Below are positions 38,229-51,886 of a stretch of 64,000 nt of DNA, in pieces. How positions within the stretch are numbered: position 1 is the first letter of the stretch; every line of letters starts with the position of its first letter. The DNA is from Cenococcum geophilum. Its lineage: Eukaryota. The translations under genes and the position numbers were made by a program. The notes under the pieces were generated by a model. It was not told where the DNA came from. It saw nothing but the letters and a program-made list of their open reading frames with translations, and did not search any database. Location: the NCBI GenBank assembly GCA_050273025.1, contig CP158635.1:4340001-4404000 (forward strand), in the 5' to 3' direction.

Positions 38229-41200
38229 CTTAAGACCTAAGGCTTATTGGGAAACCCGCACTAGCTACTAGTGCTAATACTACCTCTATAGTAGGAGCTT
38301 CCCTAGGCCTAAGTTTAGAAGGTTAAGATCCCTATACTAATCTTCTTGAAGATAGATATTAGGAAGCTATTATAAGGCTCTTAGAAGCTATATAGAAGAA
38401 AGCTATTAATAAATATATTAGAACCCTTTAAGGGCAAATTTATATCTAGTAGGGTTTAATCTAAGCTAGGTAAATTTTTTATAACTTAGTTAAGGCTAAG
38501 GGCATTTTAGGGGCTATTTAGTACCTACCTAAGGAGGTATAGAAGACTTAAAGAGTTATTTACGCTATAAACGGAAAAAGGATATAGACTAACTAGTTAA
38601 GGCCTTTAGTAGTTTAGAACTTTATTATAGACCTAATGCCTAGTAGTTAGACGATTAGGTTTATAAAGTAGATAACTTCTTTAAGATGCTAATAATATGA
38701 GATAATACTAAAGAGCGTATACGCTGGATTATTAGTAAGATTAAAGACCGATTGCTAAACTAGATTATACTTAATTAGCTTAATAAAGAGCAAATTACTA
38801 TATAGCTATAGCTATAACCCTTTCTCAAGAAATAGACTTAAGATCTATATATTATATAATATAATAATATAGAGCTATTTTAGAATAGGACACCGCTTAA
38901 CCGCTATAACTTCTACCGGTTTATAAACTTTGTAAAAACTTATACTTAATAGATATGTCTAGAGTCCTTTAAAAATAAAAACGGTAGCATTTATAAGAAG
39001 AAGAAGATTGGGTTTATTTAGGCTAGAATTAAGCCAGTAATTTGTAATAAAATAAAGCGCGTAGGAGCCCTATTACGGATTACTATATATATATATTTTA
39101 AATAAGCGGTTCTAAATGCTGAAGATATGGTAAGAAACTAGACCTCTTTTAGTAGGAAGCTAGGGGGTTACTAAAAGCGTAGGTACTTTAGTAGTAATAT
39201 AGGGTAGACCTAACCTTTAAAGAAGCTGTTCTTAAAGAGACCTTTAAAAGGGTTAAAGTTAAGAGCCTTAAGTAATAGAAAATACTCCTAAGGCCAACTT
39301 AATATCTATCTAGCACCTTTATATAAACACTTTAAAAAGTTAAGAAAAAACTCCGGAGGTAGATCCTATTAGAAAAATAAGTAGGGTAATAACTACACTA
39401 ACAATCTAAAAAAAGAAAAGCCCTAGTTGCGAACCTTTTTTTAGCTATAACTAGGGTAAGATATGGAAGAAGAGACTCTCCGCATCGCTATTAAGCTATA
39501 AATAACACTCCCTATAGGTAAGATGTGTTAGTTTTAAGCACTATATAGTAGCGGCGCCGAAATTAATCCTATATAATATAATTTAGTATAAAAGTATAAA
39601 CTTATTCTATTAGAAGGTGGCGAAAACCTATTATAGGCTTCTTAGATAAGCATTAGATTAAAATTTATAGTGCCTATAAGCTTATAGTATTAGTGGCCGA
39701 TATATATAACCGTACTAAGGTAGTTAGCCCGTAACCCTTCTAGGTGGCTAACTTTATAGGTTATAACCTTATTTTTAGATGCCTTTAACTTATAGAAGTA
39801 GGTTTTAAAATACGCTTTAAAATAGGAGCCTTTAAATAGTAGATTAATAAAGAATTAGAAGGGCGTATATTACTAATAAGCTTAAAATATATTTTAGAGA
39901 ATATAGCTCTAAGCGAAATAGTATATATTTTATACCTAAAGGAGTATTAGATCTAACCCCTATTTTATAGTAAAATAGATATAGAGCTTAGTATAGGTAA
40001 TAACCCCTCTATAATAGAGACTTTATAGGGAACTACTAAATAGGTTACAGAGATATTATAAAGAGGTGGCGATCTTAAAGATCTTATAAGATACTTTAAC
40101 CGCTATAGGTTACTCTAGCTTAAGCAATACGTAAAGAGTATATTTTAATACCTTAAATATTACGTTAAAGAATTCCCTGCCCTTTACTAGCTACTATATA
40201 TAACGGTTTAACGTACGGTGGCAACAATATATAAGTAACCACTATAGCGTATAATACTGCCCGTAAGTATTTTAAGGGAGCTTTAGAATCTACCTAATAA
40301 TAATATAAAGAATAAACGCGACCCTAATTTATTAAATATTCTAGTAGGCCTAAGGGACTTATTAAGGGTATTTTTAGGTAGGAGAGCTAAAGTCCTACTG
40401 TAGAACTTAGAGTATAATTATATAATTAATCTGAAAGAAGGCAAGCAACCACTAAACCTTTTTATCTATAACCTCTTGCGTAAAGAGCTTAAGATCCTAC
40501 GGGAGTACCTTAATAGCTTATTAGAAAAGGAATAGATCTGGCCTAGTAAGTCGCCGTTAGGCGCGCTAATCCTCTTTATTCTAAAACTATATAGAACTAT
40601 AAGGCTATATATAGACTATCGCGGTCTTAATAAGATTATAATTAAGAACTGTTATATACTACTACTAGTTAGTAAAATACTAAATTAACTATCTAGGGCG
40701 AAGATCTTTATAAAGCTAGATCTATAAGATACCTATTATAGGCTCCGTATTAAAGAAGGGGATAAGTAAAACACTGCTTTTAAGATTTAATACAGCTACT
40801 TTAAGTATCTAATAATGCCTTTTAGGCTAGCTAATACGCCTATAATATTCTAACTATATATTTACAGAGCTGTAGAGGGACTGGTTAACCATATATACAT
40901 CGTTTATTTAGATAACATTTTAATCTACTTAGAAAAAAAGGATTAATATAAGTAACACGTCCGCGAAGTGCTGGAACGTTTAGATAAATTAGGGCCTCTA
41001 CGCCAAGGCGTTAGAGTATATCTTTAATACTAAGTAAGTTAAGTTCCTAGGTTATATTATAACGCCTATAGGTATAGTTATAGACCTAATACGGGTATAG
41101 ATAATTTAGGAGTGGCTAGAGCTAGAGAGCTATTAGGATATTTAAGTATTCTTAGCCTTTACTAATTTTTATAGGCGCTTTATTTATAACTACTTAAATA

Positions 41201-43289
41201 TTGCCTAATACCTATTTAACTATATTATAAAAGCTTCCTAAGACCTAACCTAAGAAGTAAAAAGCTTAAAGGTGGTAAGGGAGAAAACTAAGAAGGGACT
41301 AATTAAATGGTATAAACTATAGTTATAGCCTAGAAAGGTTTAGAAGGCCTTTTAAAAAATTTATATAAAGTTTATAAAAGCTTTATTACTGCAGCATTTT
41401 AACCTAGATTAGCTATTAATAATAATTACTAATATATTAAGTTTTACTCTTATTAGTATCCTACTATAACTTAATAGATATCTAGACGCTACCTAGCTTT
41501 ACTAAAAACTAGTAGTATTCTATAGTAAAAAATTCTAAGGACCTAAAATTAGGTATTATACCCATAATAAGGAACTACTAGCTATAGTTAACTGCTTTAA
41601 ATAGTAGCGATACTACCTTAAACACGCGAGCTATACTACTTATATACTCTTAGATTACTATAATTTACGCTACTTTATAACTATAAATGAGCTTATACCT
41701 TAATAAGCTAAATAGGTAAAGAAGCTTATATAATTTAATTTTAAGATTAAATATAAGCTAGGGGAAAATAACCCTACTAATAGACTGTTATAACGGCTAG
41801 ACTATATTAAAGGCTTTAAAACGGGGGAAGGAAAACAGATAATAGATATTTTACTCCTTATATTATAGAATAAGCTCTAGGTATAGAATACTTAAGTACC
41901 CATAGCTCTATATATTAAGTCTTAGGCGGTATAAGCCCTATTAGTTTCTATTAATATTCTAGCTAATATCCGGTTTATTACTAATAAGGGTCCAAATATA
42001 CCTAAATAGGATGTCCCTAATATATTTTTAGAACCTAGTAATACACTATCTTTAATTGCTAAGCTATCTCCCTAAACCAATAGTAAAGCTATAAAGTAAT
42101 TAGAACTTGGAGCCCTATAATAACTAAAGGACTTTAACCTTATAGCGGCCTTCCTAATATATACGTATTAAAGAGTTATAAGATCTATAGTACTATTTAG
42201 TTTATACTTAGAGCAGTATAAAACGAAATAGTTTTTACTTAAAAACTATCTAAAAGGTTAACGGATTTTATCTTTAAGGTGTAATAAAGGGACGCTTTCT
42301 ATACTATCTTTAATGCGGAAGTAAACTAGAAATATAATAAAAAGGAAGCTATAAAGTATTAAAATTAGGAATTAGACCTAATAGGCCTTTTATATAGAAA
42401 TAGTAAAGTTTAGGTACTATAAAAAGCAAATCTATAATAGAAGATTCTTATTAATAATTATAATAATCCTTTAGCCGGCCACTATGGTTAAGCTAAAATA
42501 GTGAAATTACTTTAGCGTAAATACTATTGGCTAAAGCTTAAATAAGAAGTAAAAGAGTATATTAGCTATTGCGAGAAGTATTAAATATATAAGATCCGTA
42601 GGTATAAGCCATAGGGTCTACTTAAATTAGTTCCCCCCGCTAGTAAGCTATAGCAATATTACGCTATAGACTTTATTACGGATATCCTGCTATCTAAAGA
42701 TGGCTAAGAATAAATATGCAATTCGGTTCTTGTACTTATTAATAGGTTTTTAAAGTACGTTTAATACCTTCCTATTAATAAGACGATTAATATATAAGCG
42801 CTTACTAACCTAATTAAGGAGAAATGCTTTCTTAAAGTAGATTAGCCGTACTCTATTATTACTAATAGGGGCAGCGTTTTTATAAGCTAGTACTAGTTGG
42901 ACCTATACTTCCATTTAAAAATAGACTACTATTATAGTATAGCTTTCTATCTATAAACGGACAGATAAATAGAATATTAAAACTAGAAACTAGAGTCTTA
43001 TCTATAAATATATTTAAACTACTAGTAAGACAATTAGTGTAAGCTACTTTTGTATATAGAGTACGCCTATAATTTAAAGCAATATTTGTTATATTAGTTC
43101 GCACTAATCCAGATTGTCTATAGCGTTTAACTATTAGGGTTTAATGATATACTTAATAATTACTAGCTAAGGCCGCATAATTAGTTATAGGATCCTACTA
43201 AGAAGTCTAAGGATATCTACTAAAGAGTATAAGGATACCTTTAAAAATAGAAGAAGTAATAAAAGTATATAAAGCAGAGAGCCTATAAA

Positions 43290-46200
43290 ACGTTTAAGAG
43301 CAGTAAAGACTATTAACGCCCTAGGAGTTAAGCTTTAAGGCCCTAAGACGACGGAATATTAATACTGCAGCCTTGCTAAAATTAAGCGTTAGGTCTTATA
43401 AAGGTTCTTAAAACAGAATATTAATAAACCCTATCTTAACCTCTATATTAACTAAACTAACCTTAAGGAAGTATATACCGGATTTATATAAGTTATACTT
43501 ATCTACAACACTTTCTTAGAAAGATCCTTCCCGTATTTTATAACAACGCATAGTAAGGAGAAGGAGACACTATAAGTACTTAAAGATTTTATTAAGTGGA
43601 TTCGTCTAGGGTATAACCTTAAAGTTAATACTATTAGATTAGACAACAAGCTAAAAAGAAGGAAAATCCTTAAATGGCTACGGACTTAAGGGATTATATT
43701 TAAGCCTTTAGCGCTATATACCTAAGCTTAAAACGGTACCACCAAACGCTTAGGGGGTGTAATTATTAAAAAAGTATAAGTAATAAGAATTGCTGCTAAT
43801 TTACCATATAACTTATAGGACGAGATTATTAACTATATAGTCTATTTTTAAGATTAAACGCTATAAGAAAGTAATAGATGGAAATTGCTATATAAGAGGC
43901 TCTATACCTTTTTAGCTAATAAGATATTAAGAAAACCGTAACTAGCGCACCTAAAAGCCTACGGCTAACCACCTTCTTATGTTCGTTAATAAGTTAATTA
44001 AACTATACTCTTATCTAAATCCTTCTATCTCGCTCTAATCTTCTCCCTTAGGTCCTCTAGTTGCTTCTCCTTATTTAGCTACTCCTTAATATCTACTATT
44101 CTAACTATATTAATAAAGCTTTAAAACCTCTACTTGAGTAGGGCCTTCGTAAGTCTATTAGCAATTATCTCCTTCGTCGCTGTCTATTAAAATAGTACTT
44201 ATCTCCTTACGTATTCCTAACGTAGCTAATATTAATAGATATTAATATATCAGAGCTTTATAATTAGCTTTACCGTATCTTTTCTAATTAGTTAGAGTAT
44301 CTAGGTATTATCGCAGTTAATAATTAAGGGCTTGTTTAGCCTTAAAGTTATTACTTTAAACAGCCTGCTAAATAAAGATAGCTTTCTTTACTATTTATAA
44401 TAGGGCTAATAACTTAGCTTCTATGCTTAACGTTATCACCGTATCTTACTTATTTACTCTCTAGGCGATCGGTCCCCTAAATAGCTTTATAATATATCCT
44501 TATAAGCTCTTTCTATTAACGGAATTATCTATAAATAATATATTACTAGTATAGATAAATAATTGCGCTTTACCTCTACTATCTCTTCCGTCGTCTCGTC
44601 CTTTATCGCATATTTCTTTATCTCTCCCTCTACCGTTCGTTCCTTTCTTATCTCCTCTATAGTAGATTGCTCTACTTCTTATACTATATAGGTACTGGAT
44701 TACTTTGTTTACCGCTTAATAATGCTCTTAGCTTAGGTTTTAATTAAACCTTACCCGCTATAATACTGTAAAAGTAATATCTAAACGCGTTATAGTGGCT
44801 GTATAGAGTACTAAACCTATTTTTTGCTAATATAGTATTATAGAAGCTAGTAGGGATATAGGACGGATTAATAGGTCTATATTAGGGGACGGACGCGTTA
44901 AACAGATTAATTGGTAATTAGTAAGGAGGAGTTTAGATTCTGCTATAGGAGTATCTAAAAGACGCCCTTTAAGATCTATCTTATACTAATTAGCTATCTT
45001 CTTAATATAGGCTTCCTAGGATAGCTATAGGAGCCTCTAGCTATAATTATATAATATATAGATTCCTAGGAACTATTTTAGCTCGCTAAGGGTACTTATC
45101 TAGTATTCCTTACTTAGCTCCTTAATTACTTCTTAAGCTTTCTTTTTATCTATCTTTCGGTAGTAGAAGATAATATCATTAACGTAGAAGAAGACAACTA
45201 TTCTACCTTTTAGCATAATACATGGCTTTTAGGGTACCTCTTTAAAACCCAATTCGTTTAATAAGCTTATAAGATTCTTCTGCTATAATAGTAGTGATCG
45301 TTATAGTCTATAAAGGGCTTTTCTTAAGCGCAGTACTTTATCTATCTTTCCTTTATTAAACCCTAGTGGTAGCTTTATATAGATAACCTCGTTAAGATCG
45401 TAATAGATAAACGCGTTGACTATATCTATCTATATTATCTCTAGGTAGAATTTTATGGTAATTACTATTAGGGTCTAGAAGGTTATACTCGCTAATATAG
45501 TAGCTCTCATAGGTAGGTCTCCTAGGGCCTATTAATTTCCGTATACTACTAGGCGTACCTTGCATTTCTAAAGGAATTTATACTTATCCATCTTATAGAT
45601 AAACACCTATATTAAGCTAAGGATCTACTATCCCTTTATATGCTTCTTATTTATTTCTTAAAATAACCTCATTTAATAATAGGATTAAAGGTGGGCTTAT
45701 TAAGCCTCTTAGAACTAATCTTAAAGAGGATATATATTAAGGTCCTTAATTAACTAAGGTAGAGGAAGTAAGTTCTTCCTATATAATCTAACATCGCATA
45801 TTCTACCTAATTTTAGCTTACTATTATTAAGTTAACTATTAAGGTTAAACTTCCTTCCTGCTAAGAAGGCGCCATAATAGGCTAAAGTAATCCTTTTAGT
45901 AACAAAGTCTTTAAACCTATAATCGCTGGCTTTTTTTAAATAAGTCTTTAACCGAGTTATTAAACACCCTCTAAGTGTTAAACCCGTCTCCTATTCGTTA
46001 AATAATGTCCTAATTAGTATCTTATATATCTAACTTTATAGAATACTTAACGTAAAAGGCATATAGAGATTCTTTGTCTTCTTCTATTAAAGGTGGCGTA
46101 TAATATATATCTTTAAGAGCTTTTATAAGCTTAAGATCTACTAACTTATTAAAGGTTTAAAGTGGCTTATTATTAATATTGTCGTCTTCTTCTTAAATTA

Positions 46201-46728
46201 ATGGTTTAAATACTTCTTTATTATCTTCTAGAAGGACCTCGTTCTTAGTTAGGGTATTAGGGAGTTAAATCTTCTTAATTAGCGTGTCTAATTTAGCGTA
46301 TAGATCCTTTAAGATATCTATTTACTTACCGTTAAAGAATATCTTTTTATTAAAGATAATGTCCCTAGTAGAGATAATAATACCCTTATATAGAATTTAG
46401 ATTCTATAGATATTAGTAGAGTTATAGCTAATAAGGTAGCTAATATGGGCTTATAGATCTATCTTGCTTAGCCTTTTTTTCTTTAGCTAGGCATCTAACA
46501 TTATTACATATACCCTATAGCTTTAACCTTAAAGAGATTAAAGCTAAGGGGGTATATTAGATAATCTGTATTCTATATGGCGTAGGATATATATAAGTTA
46601 CGTATATGGGGCACGTATATTATAAATATCTTTATCTAAGCCTAGGGGCCCCAGGTTAAGACGCGATTAAAATTATCAATTAATTAACCCATTTTATTAA
46701 TAAATAGCTCTATATAAACTATCTGATA
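43290..46728 (+). mobile_element. 5'-truncated Copia F with an internal inversion (43964-46521); 3' LTR 46555-46728
   Basis: Plus-strand integrase (CxxC, QNGxxER, ...HLKAYG). Minus-strand continuation (CRAY..., RT FYV(D)D at about 45180, RNase H ADGLTKAL at about 44150). Plus-strand PPT AAGGGGG followed by the LTR. Confidence 0.88.
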
Positions 46729-47459
46729 ATTTTAGCTTAAGTAGTAGGGAAGTAGTCCGCATTATCTTTAAGCTTATCCTATAATTAAAGCTTCTAATTA
46801 TTAAATATAGGGTTAGTTCTATCTATAAGCAATAAGGGGTCCACAACTTTTGCGGACCGCAATAATACTAATACTATATATTAGGCTAGGGCCTTAAGGA
46901 TTATAGTAAGTCTTTAGGTATTTAATAACTCTTTACTAGGTATAGGGGGTTCTTTAGCTTTAACCAGCTCCTAAAGTTATTTAATTTTAGTATTAGCTGC
47001 TATAAGCTCTACCTAGATGTTTAAGTTAGTTACTGTTTTATTATTAGAGGTATTTAAGGGTCCTATAGCTGCTTTGCCGGCCGCTATAGTTTTTAGCATA
47101 GTAATACGGTTATTAGGGTAACTTTTAGTAGGATTCTATAGGGGTTCTGGTTTATACATGTTCTATAGGTCTTATTATTCTTTTCTATTCTTCTAGTTTT
47201 ATTTTATTCTTTAAGTTCTAGTAATATAGTAATGTGCACGACCAGCTTCTACCCCCCCCCTAGAAAAATATTATTTCGCTTCAGTATGCGAGCTCGCTAA
47301 ATTGCCACTAACTGTATATAGTAATTGTAGCGAAGCCGTATGCTTGGCTGTAAGAACCTTTGCTTTTAACGGGCTTAAAGCTATTTATAATTGGTCTTCC
47401 TCCGCAGTATCGTGATCTTTGTTAAATATCGTAAGGTTTCTATCTATACTATTTAAAAT

Positions 47460-48494
47460 ATGGCTTCGCGAATAGGCCTATATTAGCACGCCCTAATTAA
47501 GAATCTTCTTTAACTTAGAGTAACTTAAGCGGAGTGTGCCTTTACCGCTAGTTGTATAACTCGCTTAATTACCGCGATTAAGAGGAACTTGCGGATATTT
47601 AGATTAACTTAGGCGCCTCTAAATAGTAAAGGTGGCCAGTTTTTACTAAGCAATTAAATAATGGTGGTAATACTAATGCGGCTAGAGGAAAAGCTAACTT
47701 TCTTTAGCGATGAGTTATAGTGGTTAATTTATAATGTCTTTGGTGTTATAGTAAGCCGCTATATAATATTTTAAGAGCTCTATTTAGCTAGCTGGATAAG
47801 AAAGCGGGTAAGCTAATTAGATCCTCCTGTTATAGAGCCTAGAGTAGCTTATATAAAGTAATATTGCTAGGTAGCCCTAGAGCGTAGCTCTTACAATTAT
47901 AATATATATTTTGCTATTATATTACAGTATACCGCTAATTAATTGGTATTTATGGATAAGTTAGGTATAGATTCGAAGACGGGCGTACGGAAGACTGGCT
48001 GGGCTTTTTTTAGTATTGCACTAGTGTTATATACGCCATATAATTAGGGTAAGACGAGGCTTAATATACTGCCTGCGTATATAGTTAACGGCGTACTAGT
48101 AGCCTTAGTATATAAGGGCTTAATAAATAGCGAAGGCTTTAAGTTCTGGGTGGCAAATACTCTTCTACCGCGGTATAATCCCTTTCCTACTAAGCGATTA
48201 GTAGTAGTTATAGATAACGCCAGCTTTTATTACTTAGAGAGGATATAGGCTCTCTTTAACGCCTTTAGAGTTAAGCTTATATATTTATCCGTGTACTTAC
48301 CTAATTTAAATCTAATTAAAGAGTTTTTTGGAGAGCTAAAAGCTTTTATTCGGCGGGAGTGGTTCTCTTAAATAGAGCACCCTAAAAGCTTTAACTATAG
48401 CTTTAAAGCCTTTCTTCTTTAGTATATAGATAAGGTTGGTAGTAAGAGCGAGAGCGTAAGAGGATATTTCTGATATAGTGGGTACAATTGCTAA
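47460..48494 (+). pseudogene. RIP-inactivated Tc1-like DD34E transposase (~344 aa)
   Basis: ATG at 47460. LVFMD(ES)G, VxDNASF and YSPDLNPIEEFF (de-RIPped), with 34 residues between the second D and the E. In-frame stops are RIP-type. Confidence 0.9.
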
Positions 48495-48764
48495 GGGTTT
48501 TAGTGTAAGGAAAGATCGATTTTTGGTAGCGTTCTTAATTATATAAATATACTAAAAGGCTTTAATATCTTATATATATAGGGTATCTTTATTACTACAG
48601 AGGCGCTAGTAGTAAGGAAGACACCCTATATTTTACTAATTAAAGGTTATCTATGTCTTAAAAAACCCCTATAGGGCGTCTCTACTACTGTAGTGATGCT
48701 AGCAGTAATAGAGACACCCTATATTCTGCTAATTATCTATATCTTAGAAACCTTTAAGCTAAGT

Positions 48765-50850
48765 TTAATATTTATTTGCCTACTTCTTTAAATCCTTTTA
48801 TAGCCGCCTTGTAACACCTAATTTAATACTAGCCTATATAAGTTCCTTAATAGGATTAGCATTATTAGATTTATTATATAGGAGCTCTAAATCCCATCTT
48901 AGATTATAGACGATTTTGTGTACCGCCTTAAAGTTAGCCTCCTAGTTAAGATTGCTAGATATACTCTACTTCTAATATACAAAGAACTTCTCTAAATCCT
49001 TTATATAGTTAATACCTTAACGTGTTCCACTACCGAGCTACGCACTCTACCGAGCTGCGCACTCCAAAAACCACCAAAAATCGGAAAAACTGCACCTTAA
49101 TATCTCAACAATGGCTTAATAATAAATTCTAAAATTTTATAATTAGCCTTTTATACTTATTCTAAACCTCTTATTAGATTTAAAAAGTAATCTATTAAGT
49201 AGCTCTAGAGATATCGCAATTTAGCTTAAAATTAGGGGCTAAAACCTAATATCTTAATAACGGCCAGGCTTATTACGCTAGAATTTTATTAAGAGTCTTA
49301 ATATAGGTATAAAAGGCTAATTATAAAATTTCGGAATTTATTATTAAGCCGTTGTCAAGATATTAAGGTGCAGTTTTTCCGATTTTTGGTGGTTTTTAGG
49401 GTGCGTAGCTCGGTAGGGTGCGCAGCTTGGTGGTGGAACACGTTATAGGCGGCGTATTAGTAATATAGGTAAGGATAATAATATTAGTCGGCTTACTGCT
49501 ATAGGAGTTTGCTAATTTGGTACTAGACTTATAGAGCTAATATAAAAGTAATTAATAACGCCTAGAGTACTAGTAGTAGAGCTCTTACCGGAGGCTAATT
49601 GGCGTACTCTTCTACTGTTATTTCCTTTACCTACTATTCTCTTAGTAAGCCGCGTAGTAAGCTAATGAGGTGGATTCTAAATATTCGCAATGCCTTGCTA
49701 AATACTAGTTACCTATTCTCTTAAGTCCTTATTTATTAATTTAATGTCTACCTAGCTAAGAACGTAGTACTAATTAATATTTAGGTAGCGCTTTTTATAA
49801 AGCTAATATCTAGTAAGCTTAACCCGCAATCTTATTAAATTGGTAGCGTTACTAATAAGAAGTATATAAGGCGTTAAGCTCCGCTCCAAAATCTATAAGG
49901 GCGTTAAAACTTTATTATAAAGTTAATTAAGCATTAACGGATAAGAGCTAACTCTAGAATGAAAGGCTACTAATTAATTTATAGTTAGGGCATATATAAT
50001 TAAGAGGTTAATAGTAAGAGCCTTAATCGCGCTACTTTTATTAATATGCTTCGCCCATAATATAAGCTAAGTATTAATCTTCTGCCACTAGGCTATAACC
50101 TTAACTTCTATTACGTTAAATCTAATATTACGAACGCCTGCGTACTAAGTGTTAATTTTAGCCTTAATTGGCTAAAGCTTAATATAAATACCTTACTCTT
50201 AATAATATAGCTCTCTCTTATAAATAGGAAAGACTTAGAGTCGCTAAAGATTATAAAGCTAAAGACTTATACCAATAAGAGTTTTAGTAAAAGGCGAATC
50301 CTTTAGGTATTAAATTACTATATTATAATTATAAGTAATAAACACGCCACCACTTCTCCTCTCTATATTATTAATCTCACTCTTAAAACGTAGGCGAGGC
50401 GGTGGCGGAATTAGCTTATCCTTATACTTACTTATTAAGCGGGCCCTTAGGGGTAAGTGAGAGGCTAATAGTAAGTAAGTAATTGGAGGAGCATAAGCCC
50501 GAGGAGCATAAGCATGAGGAGTATAAGTACGAGGCCGAGGAGCATAAGCAACTTCCTAAGAGGTCGTGGCTTAATATAGTGGTGTTAATACTAGCGGCTT
50601 CTATGTCAAATACGGTGACTTATAAGATCTTAACTAAGGTAGTTTACCGTGCTGACTTTGGTAGTATCGCCAGCCTTCTTTCTCCTCCTTAATGGCCTCC
50701 GCTGCGGTTTCCGAATCGTTATCTATTTCCTTAAGCTCCTCTAGTGTAAAACCCGGCTAAACGGCGTTATATTCGCGTCTTGGCGGCTGTTATATTATAT
50801 CTAGGTAATAGCTTAACGGTAGTAGGGGCTTAGGTAATAAGGAGGGAGGA
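48765..50850 (-). pseudogene. RIP-inactivated accessory ORF2 of element G, interrupted by a MITE
   Basis: The frame is continuous after removing the MITE plus TA. Motifs WLCEKRCPN...KLxNKDLREW...I, STPGVINxFxI, PQGIDYxKDLEKFF and WDL...RRLQKDLKKW. Start is approximate. Confidence 0.75.
49020..49443. mobile_element. 424-bp MITE of the Pogo/Fot1 type
   Basis: ACGTGTTCCAC...GTGGAACACGT termini, long (~150 bp) inverted arms, TA TSD (49018-49019 and 49444-49445), non-coding. Confidence 0.92.
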
Positions 50851-51886
50851 AGGTAATTTTATTAAGTTTGTTAAGAAGGAGGACTCTCGCCCGTTAATTA
50901 AGCCGCTGCGCGTTTTAAAGGATGCATATTAAAGGCAAATTGATAATAGTACAACACGATTTTAAGTGGATGTTATAACTTTGGTAGGTTAGGTAGGTTC
51001 TATATGGCTTTAATTTAATTGTCCTAGCAACCAGGACGACCCTTGCGTGCAGGCACATGCGTTCGCTACAATTACTATATACAGTTGGTGGCAATCTAGC
51101 GAGCTCGCGTGCCGAAGCGAAATAATATTTTTCCAAGGGGGGGTAGAAGCTGGTCGTGCACATCGCTGTAGTCTTTAAGTCTACTTTTATGTTCTATTAT
51201 TATTTATAGCCTATAAATATTTTTAAGTTCCTTTTTAGAAAGAAGAGTAGATAAGCTTTAAATAATATTAGTAACTTAATTAATTAAGGCATAAGTATAG
51301 TAAAAGGGACGCGTAAGCCTATATAAGTAGTAGTCTATAAATAAGGATCTAAAGCTAAAAAAAGAAAAGAAGATAAAAGGTAGTGCCGCTTAACGTTATA
51401 TATAATCCTCTAGTTATATAACAACAATTATCTAAAACTATATAAAACTATTTGCGATTATCCACCACAATCTACTAATATCTACTAGCCACAATCCACC
51501 AGTTTTTACTAGTTTTTACTAGTTTCTACTAGTTTCCACTAGTTTTCACCCGCGCCGTAATAACTAGCTATATTAGATTATTATAGCTAATAGTTACTCC
51601 TCTATAATTCTAAATACTAAATATGTCTAATAGGCTTTATATTTTATTAGATACCTTCTTAATAAAGGTACTTCCGCTTTATAGTATAGTATTCGCCTAT
51701 CTTTATTATAGAGGGCTATTACTAGGCATAGTTCTAGCGGCTACGCGCGAATGTAAACCACCGTCATTTAACGTATGCCTTTTTTGCGATATATATATCT
51801 TAGGGGGATTCTTTAGGTATTTTTCAGGGTTCTTTTAATTAGTTTTAGTCTTTTTAGGCTAGGTGCAGCAAGAGTTCCTTTTTTTT

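Larger units (their letters stand above)
11919..43290 (+). mobile_element. Gypsy B, host of the nest: 5' LTR 11919-12135; gag/pol pieces at 24653-25206 and 38234-~43290; 3' end lost
   Basis: Protease-like SGAEIN at about 39550, RT VYLD(D)I at about 40905, RNase H at about 41420-41780, integrase at about 42450-43130. The sequence is continuous across TSDs CCTAC and CTTAA. Confidence 0.85.
47227..51168 (+). mobile_element. Complete Tc1-like (DD34E) DNA transposon G with a convergent ORF2
   Basis: ~108-bp TIRs (CAGCGATGTGCACGACCAGCTTCTACCCC...), TA TSD (47225-47226 and 51169-51170). Confidence 0.95.
46729..51562 (-). mobile_element. 5' fragment of Gypsy H: gag piece 46729-47224, leader and probable 5' LTR at about 51171-51562; split by the Tc1-like element
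   Basis: Minus-strand LxDNADxFPTxQAKI gag-like motif. LTR-like segment ending CGTAATA at 51562 with 10-bp internal repeats. The other LTR end is unresolved. Confidence 0.55.

Noticed and set aside
51563..51886. Unassigned RIPped fragment ending in a T run
   Set aside because: No recognisable motif or termini; cannot be classified from the sequence alone.
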